NCBI GenBank assembly: GCA_963832745.1
Contig: CAWHVC010000002.1
Location: 192,001-256,000, forward strand
DNA: 64,000 nucleotides
Source: Candidatus Bathyarchaeota archaeon
Lineage (GTDB): Archaea; Thermoproteota; Bathyarchaeia; Bathyarchaeales; Bathycorpusculaceae
Reading direction: 5' to 3'
Under the pieces are notes generated by a model. That model was not told the DNA's origin. It did not search any database and worked only from the letters and a program-made list of their open reading frames with translations. The stretch's first letter is position 1. Each line of letters begins with the position of its first letter. Positions 36,638 to 46,291 of this stretch are shown one piece after another. The position numbers were made by a program, and so were the translations under genes.

Positions 36638-38095
36638 CTACTTCAAAGGTAGCTCTATGGTGAAGGTTGTGCCTTTACCGTTCTGGGTTCTGTACGTGAC
36701 TTCTCCATCTTGCGATTCAATCAAACGTTTTACAACTGCTAAACCAAAACCTTGCCCCTTAGATTTAGTGGTGAAAAGCGGCGTGAAAAGTTTGTCTTGT
36801 GCTTCTTGAGGGATACCTTCACCTGTGTCTTGAATGCTGATTTGTGCGTTGCCTTTTCTGGTTTGTGCATTAATTTTTAAGGTTCCACCGTTTGGCATGG
36901 CTTGAACCGCGTTTTGGATAAGATTGATTAATGCACGTTTAAGCATTGGAAAGTCAGTTTTGAATTCTGGGAAATCTTTTTCGATTGTTATGTTAACGCT
37001 GAGTTTGCTTGGGATGTTTACAATTAGCAAAGCTTCTTCGATTGCTTTTTCGACTTTGACAGGTTCCTTGTTGGGTTTTAATGGTTTAGTGTAATCCTGC
37101 AAGTCAGCCACAATCTTGTCAATATAATACAGGTTCTCTTCAATGCTTGTTATGTTCTCACGCAGGTTCGTTTTAGACTGACAATCCGGCAACGCATCAA
37201 GGTCACTCTTAGCTAAGTACAGTTCTCCCACAATTGCTTGCAGTGGGTTTCGGATATCATGTCCAACCATACCGGCGGTTTGTCCAATAGCTGCTAATCG
37301 TTCTGCTTGGCTGAGTTGTTTTGCCCGCGTTTCTGCAAGTGCCTCCATTCGGTCGGCGTATTCTTCAAGTTTTGTCTGGAACCTTTTTCGTTCAGTTGTT
37401 TCTACAAGCGAAAAAACTAAGCCTTCAACTTCTCCTTGAGCGTTTTTAACTGGTTGAAGCGTCCAATCCCAGTAGGTTGTTCCTCTTTCTTGTTGGTCAG
37501 GAAAAATGAATGGTTTATCTTTAAAACTAGCTGGTACGCCTGTGTCTCTTACTTTGAGGAAAATTGCTTCATTTTCTTCGTTTGGGTATAAATCAAAATG
37601 GTTTTTTCCAATCATTTCTTGGGGTTCATACCCGCAGGTTTCTGCGTAGGTTTGGTTGACCTGTACAAAATTGAAGTCGCGGTCCAAATATATTAGGTGA
37701 AAGTTTGAGCAATCCATTACTGTTTGAAGCAGGTTTTTTTCTTTTTCAAGTTCCTGTTCTGTGCGTTTTAAATCATTAATTGGTGTAAAGTACACTCGGA
37801 TTTTTTCTGAGTTTGGCACCAAAAAGAATTGTGTAATAAACCAGTCGGAGCCGATTTGGGTTTCTTTGTGTATACTTGTTACGGTTTTGTCTGTTAGTGT
37901 CTTTACTGTTTGATTCCACTCGGGGAATAAGAGTTGAATTTTGCGTTTTTTTTCTAAATCTGGAAAAACCGTTTTTGATGCTCTATTTGAAAATTGTATG
38001 TTGCCTTCAAAGTTTGCTTCTATTATAGGGTTAGGGTTAAGCATGGGAAATGAAACAGACGTCGAATTCACGTTGCCGTTAGAAGATATGTCCAT
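36638..38095 (-). CDS. PAS-domain sensor histidine kinase
   Basis: HDIRNPLQ, NAVQAM, DTGEG, TTKSKGQGFGL; paralog of 30833-32485. Confidence 0.93.
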   Translation of the reverse strand: MDISSNGNVNSTSVSFPMLNPNPIIEANFEGNIQFSNRASKTVFPDLEKKRKIQLLFPEWNQTVKTLTDKTVTSIHKETQIGSDWFITQFFLVPNSEKIRVYFTPINDLKRTEQELEKEKNLLQTVMDCSNFHLIYLDRDFNFVQVNQTYAETCGYEPQEMIGKNHFDLYPNEENEAIFLKVRDTGVPASFKDKPFIFPDQQERGTTYWDWTLQPVKNAQGEVEGLVFSLVETTERKRFQTKLEEYADRMEALAETRAKQLSQAERLAAIGQTAGMVGHDIRNPLQAIVGELYLAKSDLDALPDCQSKTNLRENITSIEENLYYIDKIVADLQDYTKPLKPNKEPVKVEKAIEEALLIVNIPSKLSVNITIEKDFPEFKTDFPMLKRALINLIQNAVQAMPNGGTLKINAQTRKGNAQISIQDTGEGIPQEAQDKLFTPLFTTKSKGQGFGLAVVKRLIESQDGEVTYRTQNGKGTTFTIELPLK

Positions 38096-38220
38096 GAAAG
38101 CTGGGGCCTCTAAAATTCAACTTTAATACATTCGCTAAGATAAATATAAGAATTATCTGCGAAAACCATATTTGTTTATTTACTAATTTAGTGCAGTAAA
38201 ATTAGTTTTTTTTAAGTTGC

Positions 38221-38960
38221 TTATATATTGTTTTTCCAGAAAAGGTAAACTTTGGTTTGTGCACAGAAGCTTAACTTTTTCAGCACCTCAGCAAGCATCG
38301 TCTCATCTAATTGACTAATTTTATCCACAAATTCTTCATGTTTTGGATAAACATTTTTCAAATTAGCCAACCTTCTGCGGATTATTGCGTCGTGCTTTGA
38401 TAGTTCAACAAGAACGTTTTTGACGTTTTCTTGACCGACGACTTGAATTTTTTGTTCTGTCAAACCTGCCGCTGAAAGCAAAGTAGTATCAAAACCTAAC
38501 TTTTCAAGTTGTCTAAACGCTTGGACAACATGCGGGTTCTGCTTACTCTCTGCCACTTGTGTCATGCCTGCTTTTTCAAAAAACGGGTTATACTTCGCCA
38601 TAACCGCAACCGCCTCAACACAGGGCGTTCCAGCTTGAGACAGGGTTTCTTTGACAATTTTTTCTCCTAAACCGATGCTGCGGTATTTTGGGTGAACAAT
38701 AACACGGCTAATCAGGCTAACTTCCTCTTGGAGCTGTTTGATGTTGCCTTTCCAAACATTGCTTCTGCCAAACGTCACCGGCGAAGGGTAGCTGTAAACG
38801 CTGGCTGCACAGAGCTCGCCTTTTCGTTTGAGGATGAAGATTTTTCTTGGCGGCGGCAGGCGGTTTGTGCGATAATGGAACTGGCTCAAGGCTTTGTAGT
38901 CTTTGATTGTGCCTTGTTGGATGAACATTTGCCGTACAAGCGTGCAGGCTGCGGCCTTGG
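38221..38960 (-). pseudogene. GNAT-like domain lacking its native N-terminus
   Basis: LSQFHYR, ISRVIVHPKYRSIGLG, AVMAKYNPFFEKAGM; first ~35 aa of the called ORF overlap the upstream gene's read-through frame. Confidence 0.65.
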
Positions 38961-38998
38961 CTTTAACTGCTTGATTTCCCGTTGGAGCTGCGACATCG

Positions 38999-39325
38999 TC
39001 ATTCTTTAGCAAGGCCATCAACAGTTTTCCGTAACGTATCAAGTTCATCCTTGATCTGCGAAACATCCTACGTCTTGCCGATACTGTTGATAACTTGGCT
39101 CAGGTAAGCGGTAATGCGTATCCAGTTTTGTTGTTCAACAGACTTTTTCCCTCTGACCGATTGGACTTGGGAAACTGCTATTTCTTGAAGTGCTTTGAGT
39201 TCCATTATTAATTGGGCGCGGACTCGCTGGCTGTCACCATCAAATTTTTCCGCTAAATTAGAAATTATGCGCTGCAGAAAACGTTTGGGCGCTCGTTTTG
39301 ACCTACCTCCTATAGGTTTCTGCAT
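38999..39325 (-). pseudogene. helical protein with premature TAG at 39068
   Basis: MQKPIGGR...WIRITAYLSQVINSIGKT*DVSQIKDELDTLRKTVDGLAKE*. Confidence 0.55.
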
Positions 39326-39353
39326 ACTATTTCTATTAGGATCCAAATAGATT
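39301..39353. repeat. ~55-bp dispersed element, copy 2
   Basis: Matches 7127-7180. Confidence 0.75.
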
Positions 39354-39360
39354 CGTCTCC

Positions 39361-39630
39361 TCACTCGCTCTTCTGAGAAATCAGAATCCCCGTAATCGTT
39401 CCCGCCAAGCCTGTAATTGCCGCGAAAACCTCGCTGTTCCATGTGCCAAGCAGGGCTAAATGGGCAATCTCGATAGCCGTAAAACAGGCTGTTAGGGCAA
39501 TCGCAAATTTGGTGCCTAAAACTAAGCGGCCGCTAGGCGCAACTTCCTCAACAGGAGCCTCAGCGTTTTCCTGCAACTGCGTCTTGTTGGTTATTCGCCG
39601 TGTCAAGGCGCGTTTTACCCAGTCAGTCAA
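39361..39630 (-). CDS. small two-TM protein
   Basis: 89 aa; overlaps the upstream stop by 4 nt. Confidence 0.7.
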   Translation of the reverse strand: MTDWVKRALTRRITNKTQLQENAEAPVEEVAPSGRLVLGTKFAIALTACFTAIEIAHLALLGTWNSEVFAAITGLAGTITGILISQKSE

Positions 39631-40025
39631 TGGTTACGCACCCTCTGCTGGCGCCGGCAACGCCCAAAACTTGCGCCGTCATTTTTGGCTTTAGCGTTTA
39701 CCGTGAAGCTTTTCAGCAACACCTGAGCTTCCTCGGAGCCAACATGATTTTTCTGGATTATGCTGGCGCTGGTTGTCCATGGCAAAGGCACGGCAGTGTA
39801 GTCGATGTCGTATAAGCCGTCGCTGTAACGGAAACAGTTCTGGGCAAGAATGAGATGTTTGCGTTTTTGTCCAAGTTGCCCAATGAAGATGCCCCAGCTT
39901 TTAACGGGAACGTCTATGCCGTTGACGCCGTTGGATAAGCTTTTGCCGATGCTGGCGTCGCACCATTCAACGCAGATTAAATCGCCGGTTGTTAAGGTGT
40001 TTATTTGGTTTATGATTTCTTTCAT
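39627..40025 (-). CDS. hypothetical beta-rich protein
   Basis: GDLICVEWCDAS...SWGIFIG; 132 aa. Confidence 0.75.
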   Translation of the reverse strand: MKEIINQINTLTTGDLICVEWCDASIGKSLSNGVNGIDVPVKSWGIFIGQLGQKRKHLILAQNCFRYSDGLYDIDYTAVPLPWTTSASIIQKNHVGSEEAQVLLKSFTVNAKAKNDGASFGRCRRQQRVRNH

Positions 40026-40345
40026 TTTTTATCTACCGTTCTGTGGATTTGGCGTTTGTTAATTAAAACTTAAGGAACAAGATTGTGATATTTATGCAAT
40101 TTTCAGCTTAAAAATGCATTATTTGCAAATTATTTTATAAAAAGTCAGATTTTTAAAACCATAAAAAATGTTGCACAAAAAGATGAAATTATGTAGCCCT
40201 CACTTAACATTGTATTACTGAGCTATTTTTAGGCATTAAATTCAACCTAAACAGGATGGTTGAATTGTGCGAAACTGTTTTTCACAGGCACACCTATAAA
40301 AGAGGGCAAAGCAACATGCTAAATGCAACAACTTGGGAAATTAGA

Positions 40346-40675
40346 ATGACTGAACAATCAAACGAGAAAAACCAACAAGTCCCAGAAAAACTAGAAATTG
40401 ATGACCCAGAAAATTTTCAGTTCCACGCAGCCTACTCTGTATATGCTGAAGCCTTTGACAAAACCTCAGACGGCGAAACAAAAGGCGAATTAAATCAGTT
40501 GATTTTGGACCTTAAAGAAAACAAAATGAACTACGAAACCTTCTACCGCGACGTAGCGCCTTTCAGAAAAATTGATGTACCCCGTCAAGAACGCTTCACC
40601 ATGCAGACTCAGCGTAAACGCGATTGGCGTAAGAAGACTCAGCGTCAAGACAGAATTAAGCGTCACAAGAAGTAA
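40346..40675 (+). CDS. hypothetical protein with basic C-terminus
   Basis: ORF 40256-40675; likely start MTEQ at 40346. Confidence 0.7.
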   Translation: MTEQSNEKNQQVPEKLEIDDPENFQFHAAYSVYAEAFDKTSDGETKGELNQLILDLKENKMNYETFYRDVAPFRKIDVPRQERFTMQTQRKRDWRKKTQRQDRIKRHKK

Positions 40676-40781
40676 GCGTTCAAAGGCTTAGTGTGGTTGC
40701 TTTCAAATTCAAGATTTATGCTTTTCCTATTTTATATTAGGCTCCCTGCTTTTCGACGTTTTTGCTGCCTGAATTTGTAAC

Positions 40782-40801
40782 TGTTTAAACATGTTTAAAC
40801 A
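40782..40801. promoter_or_regulatory. perfect 20-bp palindrome upstream of the CoA-pathway operon promoter
   Basis: TGTTTAAACATGTTTAAACA, followed by AAGGCAAGTTTTATC. Confidence 0.6.
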
Positions 40802-40881
40802 ATTCAAAGGCAAGTTTTATCTACAAAGTCCACGTCACAACAGCATTAAACACCAGAAAAAAACATAAAACGTGGTAACTG

Positions 40882-41667
40882 TTGAATACTAGACTTAAAA
40901 CCCAAGACATCGCTGTAATAGCTATCTGTTCAGCACTTTACGCAGTATTTGGAATTTTAACTGGCGGCCTAACCTTTTTCGGAATAGGTTTTCTTCCTGC
41001 AGTTGTTATCCCCGCAGTTTTTGCTGCACTTTACGGTCCATGGGTTGGCGGCATAAGCGGTGCAATAGGCATTTTCATTCGAGACATGGTTGTCCACGGA
41101 AACCCCGCCTTAAGCCTCGCCGCTGGCGTTCCACCAAACTTCATATTATTCTTCATGATTGGCTACTTATACTCCAAAAACATCAGCTTAAAACAGGCTC
41201 TTGCAGGCGTAACAATAGCTGCTGTCGGGTTACTGGTTCCTTCATTAGTGTTCCTTCCAGATATGGCAGCTTATGGGGGGGAGAGTTTTACAAATGAAGC
41301 CTTCTTACTTACCTTTATGTTAACCATAATTGCCAGTTTAGTTATTATCACATTGATTTCTATTCGCTATACCGAATGGAGAAGCTACGCTATTGGCGCC
41401 GTGGTTGGTCAAATCGCAGGTGGACTTTTACTTTCTGTAATAATATGGCTAGTCAGTCCCTTGTTTCTGCAAACTCTTGGGCTTAGTGAACCTTTAGGTG
41501 CTGCTTTGATTTTGCCAATTTTTATTTGGACAATAGCAACAGAAATCCCGTTCATTCTCTTAGCTGGACCGCCAATAATTAAAACAGTACAAAAAGCCTT
41601 TCCAGCACTAAAATATAGGAATAAACCACAAGGAAAAGGCGGAATTGTTGCAAAAGAAAGTCGTTAA
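40882..41667 (+). CDS. ECF transporter S-component (pantothenate/pantoate candidate by context)
   Basis: IA.IAI.SALYA, PAVVIP..FA.LYGPWVGGISGAIG.FI.D. Confidence 0.8.
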   Translation: MNTRLKTQDIAVIAICSALYAVFGILTGGLTFFGIGFLPAVVIPAVFAALYGPWVGGISGAIGIFIRDMVVHGNPALSLAAGVPPNFILFFMIGYLYSKNISLKQALAGVTIAAVGLLVPSLVFLPDMAAYGGESFTNEAFLLTFMLTIIASLVIITLISIRYTEWRSYAIGAVVGQIAGGLLLSVIIWLVSPLFLQTLGLSEPLGAALILPIFIWTIATEIPFILLAGPPIIKTVQKAFPALKYRNKPQGKGGIVAKESR

Positions 41668-42601
41668 AGCTTTTGCGCCTGGAGCAATCTCCAGCTTCTT
41701 CGAAATTTTTGACACCAACTTAGACGGCACCCCAATCACCGACCTGTCACGTATGGGCGCAAAAGGCGGCGGCTTTGGACTCAACTGTGGCGTCCACACC
41801 AAAGTAACCCTCGAAGACGCCCCTGAAAACAACATCCAAGTATACATTAACAATCAGCCAGCATCAGGCGCTAAAGTCACCCAAAACGTAACCCAAACAC
41901 TCCTATGCCTAACCACCAAAAAATATGCAGTCACGGTTGAGCACAAAATTGATGTTCCTATCGGCATGGGTTTTGGCACCAGTGCAGGCGGCGCTTTAAC
42001 CACAGGATTGGCTTTCAAAGAAGCGATGGGTTTACCTTTGACGTATAACCAAATCGGCAAAATCGCACACATAGCCGAAATCCAGTCGCAAACGGGGTTG
42101 GGCACGGTTAGCTCATTAACTGTTGGCGGCGGTTTAATCCTTGTAACTGAACCAGGCGCGCCAGGAGTATGCCAAATCGACCGCATCCCCATCAACCCCG
42201 ACTACGTAGTTGTCTCAGGCTTCTATGACACAAGAATCTCCAAAACCCTGCTTTCCTCGCCTGAAAAGAAAATTGAGATTAACCGTTACGGCAAACAAAC
42301 ACTCGAACAAATTCTCAAAGACCCCAGTTTAGAAAATTTTCTCTCAAGCTGCTGGATGTTTGCCCAAAAAGCCGGTTTCGCATCCCAAGGTGTTCGTGAA
42401 CTGGTCAGGATAGCTGTGAAGGCGGGGGCGGTTGGTGCAGCCCAAAACATGATAGGTGAAGCAGTACACGCCGTGGTTTTGGAGGAAAACGCCCTTTCTG
42501 TGGCAGAAGCTTTTAAGCAAGTTTTACCAGAGAAGCAAGTGTTAATGTGTAAAGTGGATTTTCAAGGTGCCAGGTTGGTTGGCAATGAAGAAGCAATTTA
42601 G
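41645..42601 (+). CDS. pantoate kinase (GHMP family)
   Basis: AFAPGAISSFF, PIGMGFGTSAG, AHIAEI...TGLGTV, PGAPG, QNMIGE. Confidence 0.88.
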   Translation: MLQKKVVKAFAPGAISSFFEIFDTNLDGTPITDLSRMGAKGGGFGLNCGVHTKVTLEDAPENNIQVYINNQPASGAKVTQNVTQTLLCLTTKKYAVTVEHKIDVPIGMGFGTSAGGALTTGLAFKEAMGLPLTYNQIGKIAHIAEIQSQTGLGTVSSLTVGGGLILVTEPGAPGVCQIDRIPINPDYVVVSGFYDTRISKTLLSSPEKKIEINRYGKQTLEQILKDPSLENFLSSCWMFAQKAGFASQGVRELVRIAVKAGAVGAAQNMIGEAVHAVVLEENALSVAEAFKQVLPEKQVLMCKVDFQGARLVGNEEAI

Positions 42602-43067
42602 AAAAGTTGCGGTAGGCGGAACCTTTGACCAGTTGCACAAGGGACATAGGGAACTGTTAAGCAAAGCCTTTGAAGTAGGCGAATACGTGCTTATCGGGTT
42701 AACAAGCGACGAGTTTGTCGCAAACATGCATAAACCCCACAAAACCGCGCCTTACGCTGAGAGGTTTGCGGAGTTGACCGGTTTTTTGGATAAATCTGGT
42801 TTTAAGAACCGTTTTGAAATTTCTCAATTAAATAACTCGTACGGGTTAACCCTAAACAGGGACGGCTTAGACGCTTTGGTTGTCAGCCAAGATACAGTGA
42901 AAACTGGTGAATTAATCAACAAGAAACGTGTTGAGTCAGGATTGCCGCAGTTAAGTATAGTGGAAATTACTTTGGTGCCTGCAGAGAATAAGAAACCAAT
43001 TTCTTCCACACGTATTCACAATCATGAAATTGACAGAAATGGGCACCTGCTAAAACCCGAAGCCTAA
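42585..43067 (+). CDS. coaD: archaeal phosphopantetheine adenylyltransferase
   Basis: VAVGGTFD.LHKGH, GLTSD, LVVS, ISSTRI. Confidence 0.9.
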   Translation: MKKQFRKVAVGGTFDQLHKGHRELLSKAFEVGEYVLIGLTSDEFVANMHKPHKTAPYAERFAELTGFLDKSGFKNRFEISQLNNSYGLTLNRDGLDALVVSQDTVKTGELINKKRVESGLPQLSIVEITLVPAENKKPISSTRIHNHEIDRNGHLLKPEA

Positions 43068-43072
43068 ACTGC

Positions 43073-44002
43073 CTATTGGATTTCGCCGACCACGTTGACG
43101 GGTTTAGGTATCAAATCTTTTAGGTCTTCTAAGCGTTCAGGGTCAACGCTTGCCAAAACCACTGTTGCTGGTCCCGCGGACTTGTTAAGGTCCAAGCCTT
43201 CAATGTCAAAGAGTTTTAGTTGCCTGCCAACTCCATACGCCATCATACGCGCTTCCGAGGCAATCCCAAACGTGCCAACAGCCGCAACGTCATGCACGTA
43301 CTTTCTTTGAACAAGCTGCCCCACATTACGCAAATCCGCAATCTCCCCACGCGCCTCAGCAGGAATAACTTCTTCACCAACCTTAGGCCGCCCAATTGCA
43401 ACAATTTTGTCGCCCGGGCACGTTCTTGCCAACCGCAACTCCGCCTCGTTCGCAAATCCAACAACGGTTAAGCCTACACCAGTTTGCAAGGTTTCCATGT
43501 TGTCTTCAGTGTTTTCCAGCAGAACCTGATTGGGGTCTAGGCCCAGTAGACGGGTTTCTTTGCGTATGCCTTCAAGGATTTGGTTGCCTGTTGGGTCTTT
43601 CTCGACGCCCAGAGTGGCTGAAATTAGTAGGGGGAAAGCGCCTGTTGCGGTTACGTCCATTAGTGCAACGCGGGCAAGGAATTTTCCGAGGACTGCGCCG
43701 GTGACTTTGATTTTGTCTAGCTCTTTGGAGCCGATTGCGCCGCTGCTGGTGGAGCCTGTGACTATGGCGTGTCCTGTTGGTACTTTTATGATTGAGACGT
43801 CGCCGCGTCTGGTGTAGTCCATCTGCGCTGGTTTTACTTGGAAGACGATGGGGCGTAGCATTGTGCCTACGTTTTCGATTATGTGTAGGTACATTGTGAG
43901 GGCTTGTCGTATGACTTCGCTTCTTGTTAACTCGTGTTTTTTGGCGAGGGCATCTACGTCGTTGGCGACTTTGTCGGGTAAGCGGACGTTAATTATTTCC
44001 AA
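43073..44002 (-). CDS. RHH DNA-binding domain fused to a degenerate CblS/AIR-synthase-like domain; putative regulator
   Basis: MEIINVRLPD..ANDVDALAKKHELTRSEVIRQAL, followed by a domain homologous to 45475-46254. Confidence 0.85.
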   Translation of the reverse strand: MEIINVRLPDKVANDVDALAKKHELTRSEVIRQALTMYLHIIENVGTMLRPIVFQVKPAQMDYTRRGDVSIIKVPTGHAIVTGSTSSGAIGSKELDKIKVTGAVLGKFLARVALMDVTATGAFPLLISATLGVEKDPTGNQILEGIRKETRLLGLDPNQVLLENTEDNMETLQTGVGLTVVGFANEAELRLARTCPGDKIVAIGRPKVGEEVIPAEARGEIADLRNVGQLVQRKYVHDVAAVGTFGIASEARMMAYGVGRQLKLFDIEGLDLNKSAGPATVVLASVDPERLEDLKDLIPKPVNVVGEIQ

Positions 44003-44013
44003 TCAAGTGCACC

Positions 44014-44032
44014 TGTGTTACAATTGTAATAC
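44014..44032 (-). promoter_or_regulatory. candidate operator 1 (GTATTACAATTGTAACACA on minus strand)
   Basis: Palindromic core TTACAATTGTAA just upstream of the RHH gene start. Confidence 0.65.
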
Positions 44033-44142
44033 GTTTTGGGTTTTTATCTTTTTTACCTCTGCAGCCACATTTAGCAACTGCTGCGTGGTTCTTAGTAAAT
44101 TATTTAAACTAAAAACAATTGAATTATCTAAGGTGACTCTTT

Positions 44143-44826
44143 ATGCTCAAAAAATTGGTTGCAACCATAATTATCCTTAGCTTCTTGTTAACCGGTTGCA
44201 TAGGCATCGCCTTTTGTCAGGATTCGACTTCCATTGGCGTTAAGAAAGGTTACTGGATGGAATACACGGTTAGTGGATCAGGAAATCTTCCAGAAGGACA
44301 TGACATTGTTTGGGCAAGAATGGAAATCGTTGAGGTCGCACAAGACGGCAGCAAATTCTGGGCAAACATTGTTTCAATAGCGCGTAATGGTTCAATTTAC
44401 AGTTCGGTAAGAGACTTTGATTTTGCAGCTGGCGATGTTGAGGCTTGGATTATTATTCCTGCAAACCTTAACCCCGGCGAAAGTTTCTATGATAATTTGG
44501 CAAATAGTAGCATAACGATTCAGGGCGAAGAAACCAGAATGCTTGCAGGAGCCGACCGCACGGTTACTTACGCTAACACTACTGAGAGAGCTAAAGTCTG
44601 GGACAAAACTACTGGCATGTATGTTGAAACTATCGATACCTTGCCAGACTATCAGATTAGCGCGAACATGACTGCAACAAACATTTGGGAGCCGCAGGTT
44701 CTGGGTTTAGACCAAAGCGTATTCTACGTTGTTATAGCTGTTGTCGTTACAGCGATTGTTACGGCGGTTGTTTGTGTGCTTGTTGCTTGGCTGTTTATTA
44801 GAAGACGTGGCAAGGTGCAGCGTTAG
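44143..44826 (+). CDS. secreted protein with C-terminal TM anchor
   Basis: Signal peptide, GVKKG.W.EY, WDK.TG motifs, TM followed by RRR. Confidence 0.8.
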   Translation: MLKKLVATIIILSFLLTGCIGIAFCQDSTSIGVKKGYWMEYTVSGSGNLPEGHDIVWARMEIVEVAQDGSKFWANIVSIARNGSIYSSVRDFDFAAGDVEAWIIIPANLNPGESFYDNLANSSITIQGEETRMLAGADRTVTYANTTERAKVWDKTTGMYVETIDTLPDYQISANMTATNIWEPQVLGLDQSVFYVVIAVVVTAIVTAVVCVLVAWLFIRRRGKVQR

Positions 44827-44871
44827 CGGTATTGTAGTTTCTCTTTTTCTTTCGCTTGTTTCCACTATTTT

Positions 44872-44890
44872 GTATTACAATTGTGTTACA
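44872..44890 (+). promoter_or_regulatory. candidate operator 2 (GTATTACAATTGTGTTACA)
   Basis: 13 bp identical to operator 1; about 10 nt upstream of the CTTTTATTT box. Confidence 0.65.
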
Positions 44891-44941
44891 GGCGGCAACG
44901 CTTTTATTTTATCTATCCAGCAATAGCCAAAGTGAACGTTA

Positions 44942-45478
44942 ATGCAGAAACAAAAAACCCAAAGCAGAATCCCCAGTTACCTCTTCAGCAACCGACCAAG
45001 CGTACGAATCGCACGAATAGCCATCTTCACCGCCCTCGCCGTAGTCGGTTCATTCATAAAACCTGACCCTGCAAGTAGCATAGCCTTTGACTCCTTTGCA
45101 GGCTTCATTGTAGCTCTCCTCTTTGGCGCAACCGAAGGCGCACTCGTCTGCGGCTTAGGACACATGGCAACAGCAGTCGTCAGCGGGTTCCCATTGGGCA
45201 TCCTTCACGTTCCAATTGCAATAGGAATGGCAATCGCCGGAGCAGCCATAGGTGCAACAAACAAACTTAACCGCAAAGCGTTCATTCCAGCCCTAATCAT
45301 TGGCGTCATCATAAACACTGTAATGGTCTTCCCACTTGCCCCAATGTTGGGCGCCACTTTTGATGAAGGCTTAATCGTTGCAACCGCGCTGGCACCAGCC
45401 TTGCTTGTCGTCGCAAGCCTTAATGCCTTGCTTGCAGGCATAGTTTACATAGCAGTAAGAGGCAAAAAACCAGTTTGA
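44942..45478 (+). CDS. cblT: ECF S-component, alpha-ribazole transporter-like
   Basis: AL..VGSFIK....SIAFDS..GF..ALL.G...GA....LGH..TA..SGFPLG..H. Confidence 0.8.
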   Translation: MQKQKTQSRIPSYLFSNRPSVRIARIAIFTALAVVGSFIKPDPASSIAFDSFAGFIVALLFGATEGALVCGLGHMATAVVSGFPLGILHVPIAIGMAIAGAAIGATNKLNRKAFIPALIIGVIINTVMVFPLAPMLGATFDEGLIVATALAPALLVVASLNALLAGIVYIAVRGKKPV

Positions 45479-46254
45479 CAAACAAAACCAGTTTTTCTCC
45501 CTTTTCAATCCCAACCCCGAGAGACCTAAGAATTTTTCAGTTCACTCCCTCTGACGTAATGGTGATAGGCTGCGATTCAAGCGGCGCCATCGGACCCAAA
45601 CCCCTCGACCGCCTCAAAGTTGACGGGTATATTGTAGGAAAATTCGCCGCCCGAGTCGCATTAATGGAAGTAATTTCTACAGGCGCTAATCCTCTTTGCG
45701 TCGTCGACAACTTAAGCGTCGAACTGAACCCAACAGGTCTTGAAATACTGCGAGGCGTACGCGAAGAAGCAGTCCAAGCAGGCTTAGACCCAAAGTTGGC
45801 TGTAACAGGTAGTGCGGAAAAGAATTTTCCTTCTGACCAAACCGGCGTGGGCGTCACTGTGATTGGTATTTGCCGTAAAGACAGGCTGCGAATTGGCACC
45901 ATTCAAGCTGGGGCTGCTCTTGTGGTCATTGGCGCTCCTGCAGTGGGCTCGGAAGTGTTGGCGGGTGAAAAGCAGGGTTCTAACACAACAATTTTGGATT
46001 TGCAAAAACTTTTGGAGCTCCCGTTTGTGCATGAAGTTATCCCCGTAGGTTCCGAGGGTATACAGCGGGAAATCAAAGTTTTAACAGAAACTCTGGACCT
46101 GAAATTTGAGCCTAACCCGTCTTGCAAGGTGAGTCTTGAAAAGTCTGCGGGTCCAGCTACAGCCCTTTTAGCCAGCCTGCCAGTGGATAAAGCAGCGTGC
46201 CTTGAGGATTTATTTGATAAACCAGTAAACCTTGTCGGAACCATACTTAGCTAA
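45475..46254 (+). CDS. cblS: alpha-ribazole kinase-like (PurM/AIR synthase fold)
   Basis: RDL, GCDSSGAIG.K..D, ARVALME, E..PTG, TGS.E.N...QTG.GVTVIG, PVGS.G, KSAGPAT. Confidence 0.8.
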   Translation: MTNKTSFSPFSIPTPRDLRIFQFTPSDVMVIGCDSSGAIGPKPLDRLKVDGYIVGKFAARVALMEVISTGANPLCVVDNLSVELNPTGLEILRGVREEAVQAGLDPKLAVTGSAEKNFPSDQTGVGVTVIGICRKDRLRIGTIQAGAALVVIGAPAVGSEVLAGEKQGSNTTILDLQKLLELPFVHEVIPVGSEGIQREIKVLTETLDLKFEPNPSCKVSLEKSAGPATALLASLPVDKAACLEDLFDKPVNLVGTILS

Positions 46255-46291
46255 TTTTTCTTTGAAAAAAAAGAAGTGTGGGTTGTTGTTT

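Larger units (their letters stand above)
38221..40025 (-). mobile_element. collapsed provirus/integrated-element remnant (four co-oriented overlapping genes)
   Basis: Tight overlaps, nonsense stop at 39068, apparent deletion junction near 38955; no integrase or capsid gene seen. Confidence 0.4.

Noticed and set aside
7878-39070. In-frame TAG codons (7878, 8684, 39068) as pyrrolysine recoding
   Set aside because: All lie in decaying genes or regions that also carry frameshifts or deletions; many intact genes here end in TAG; no pyl genes in view.
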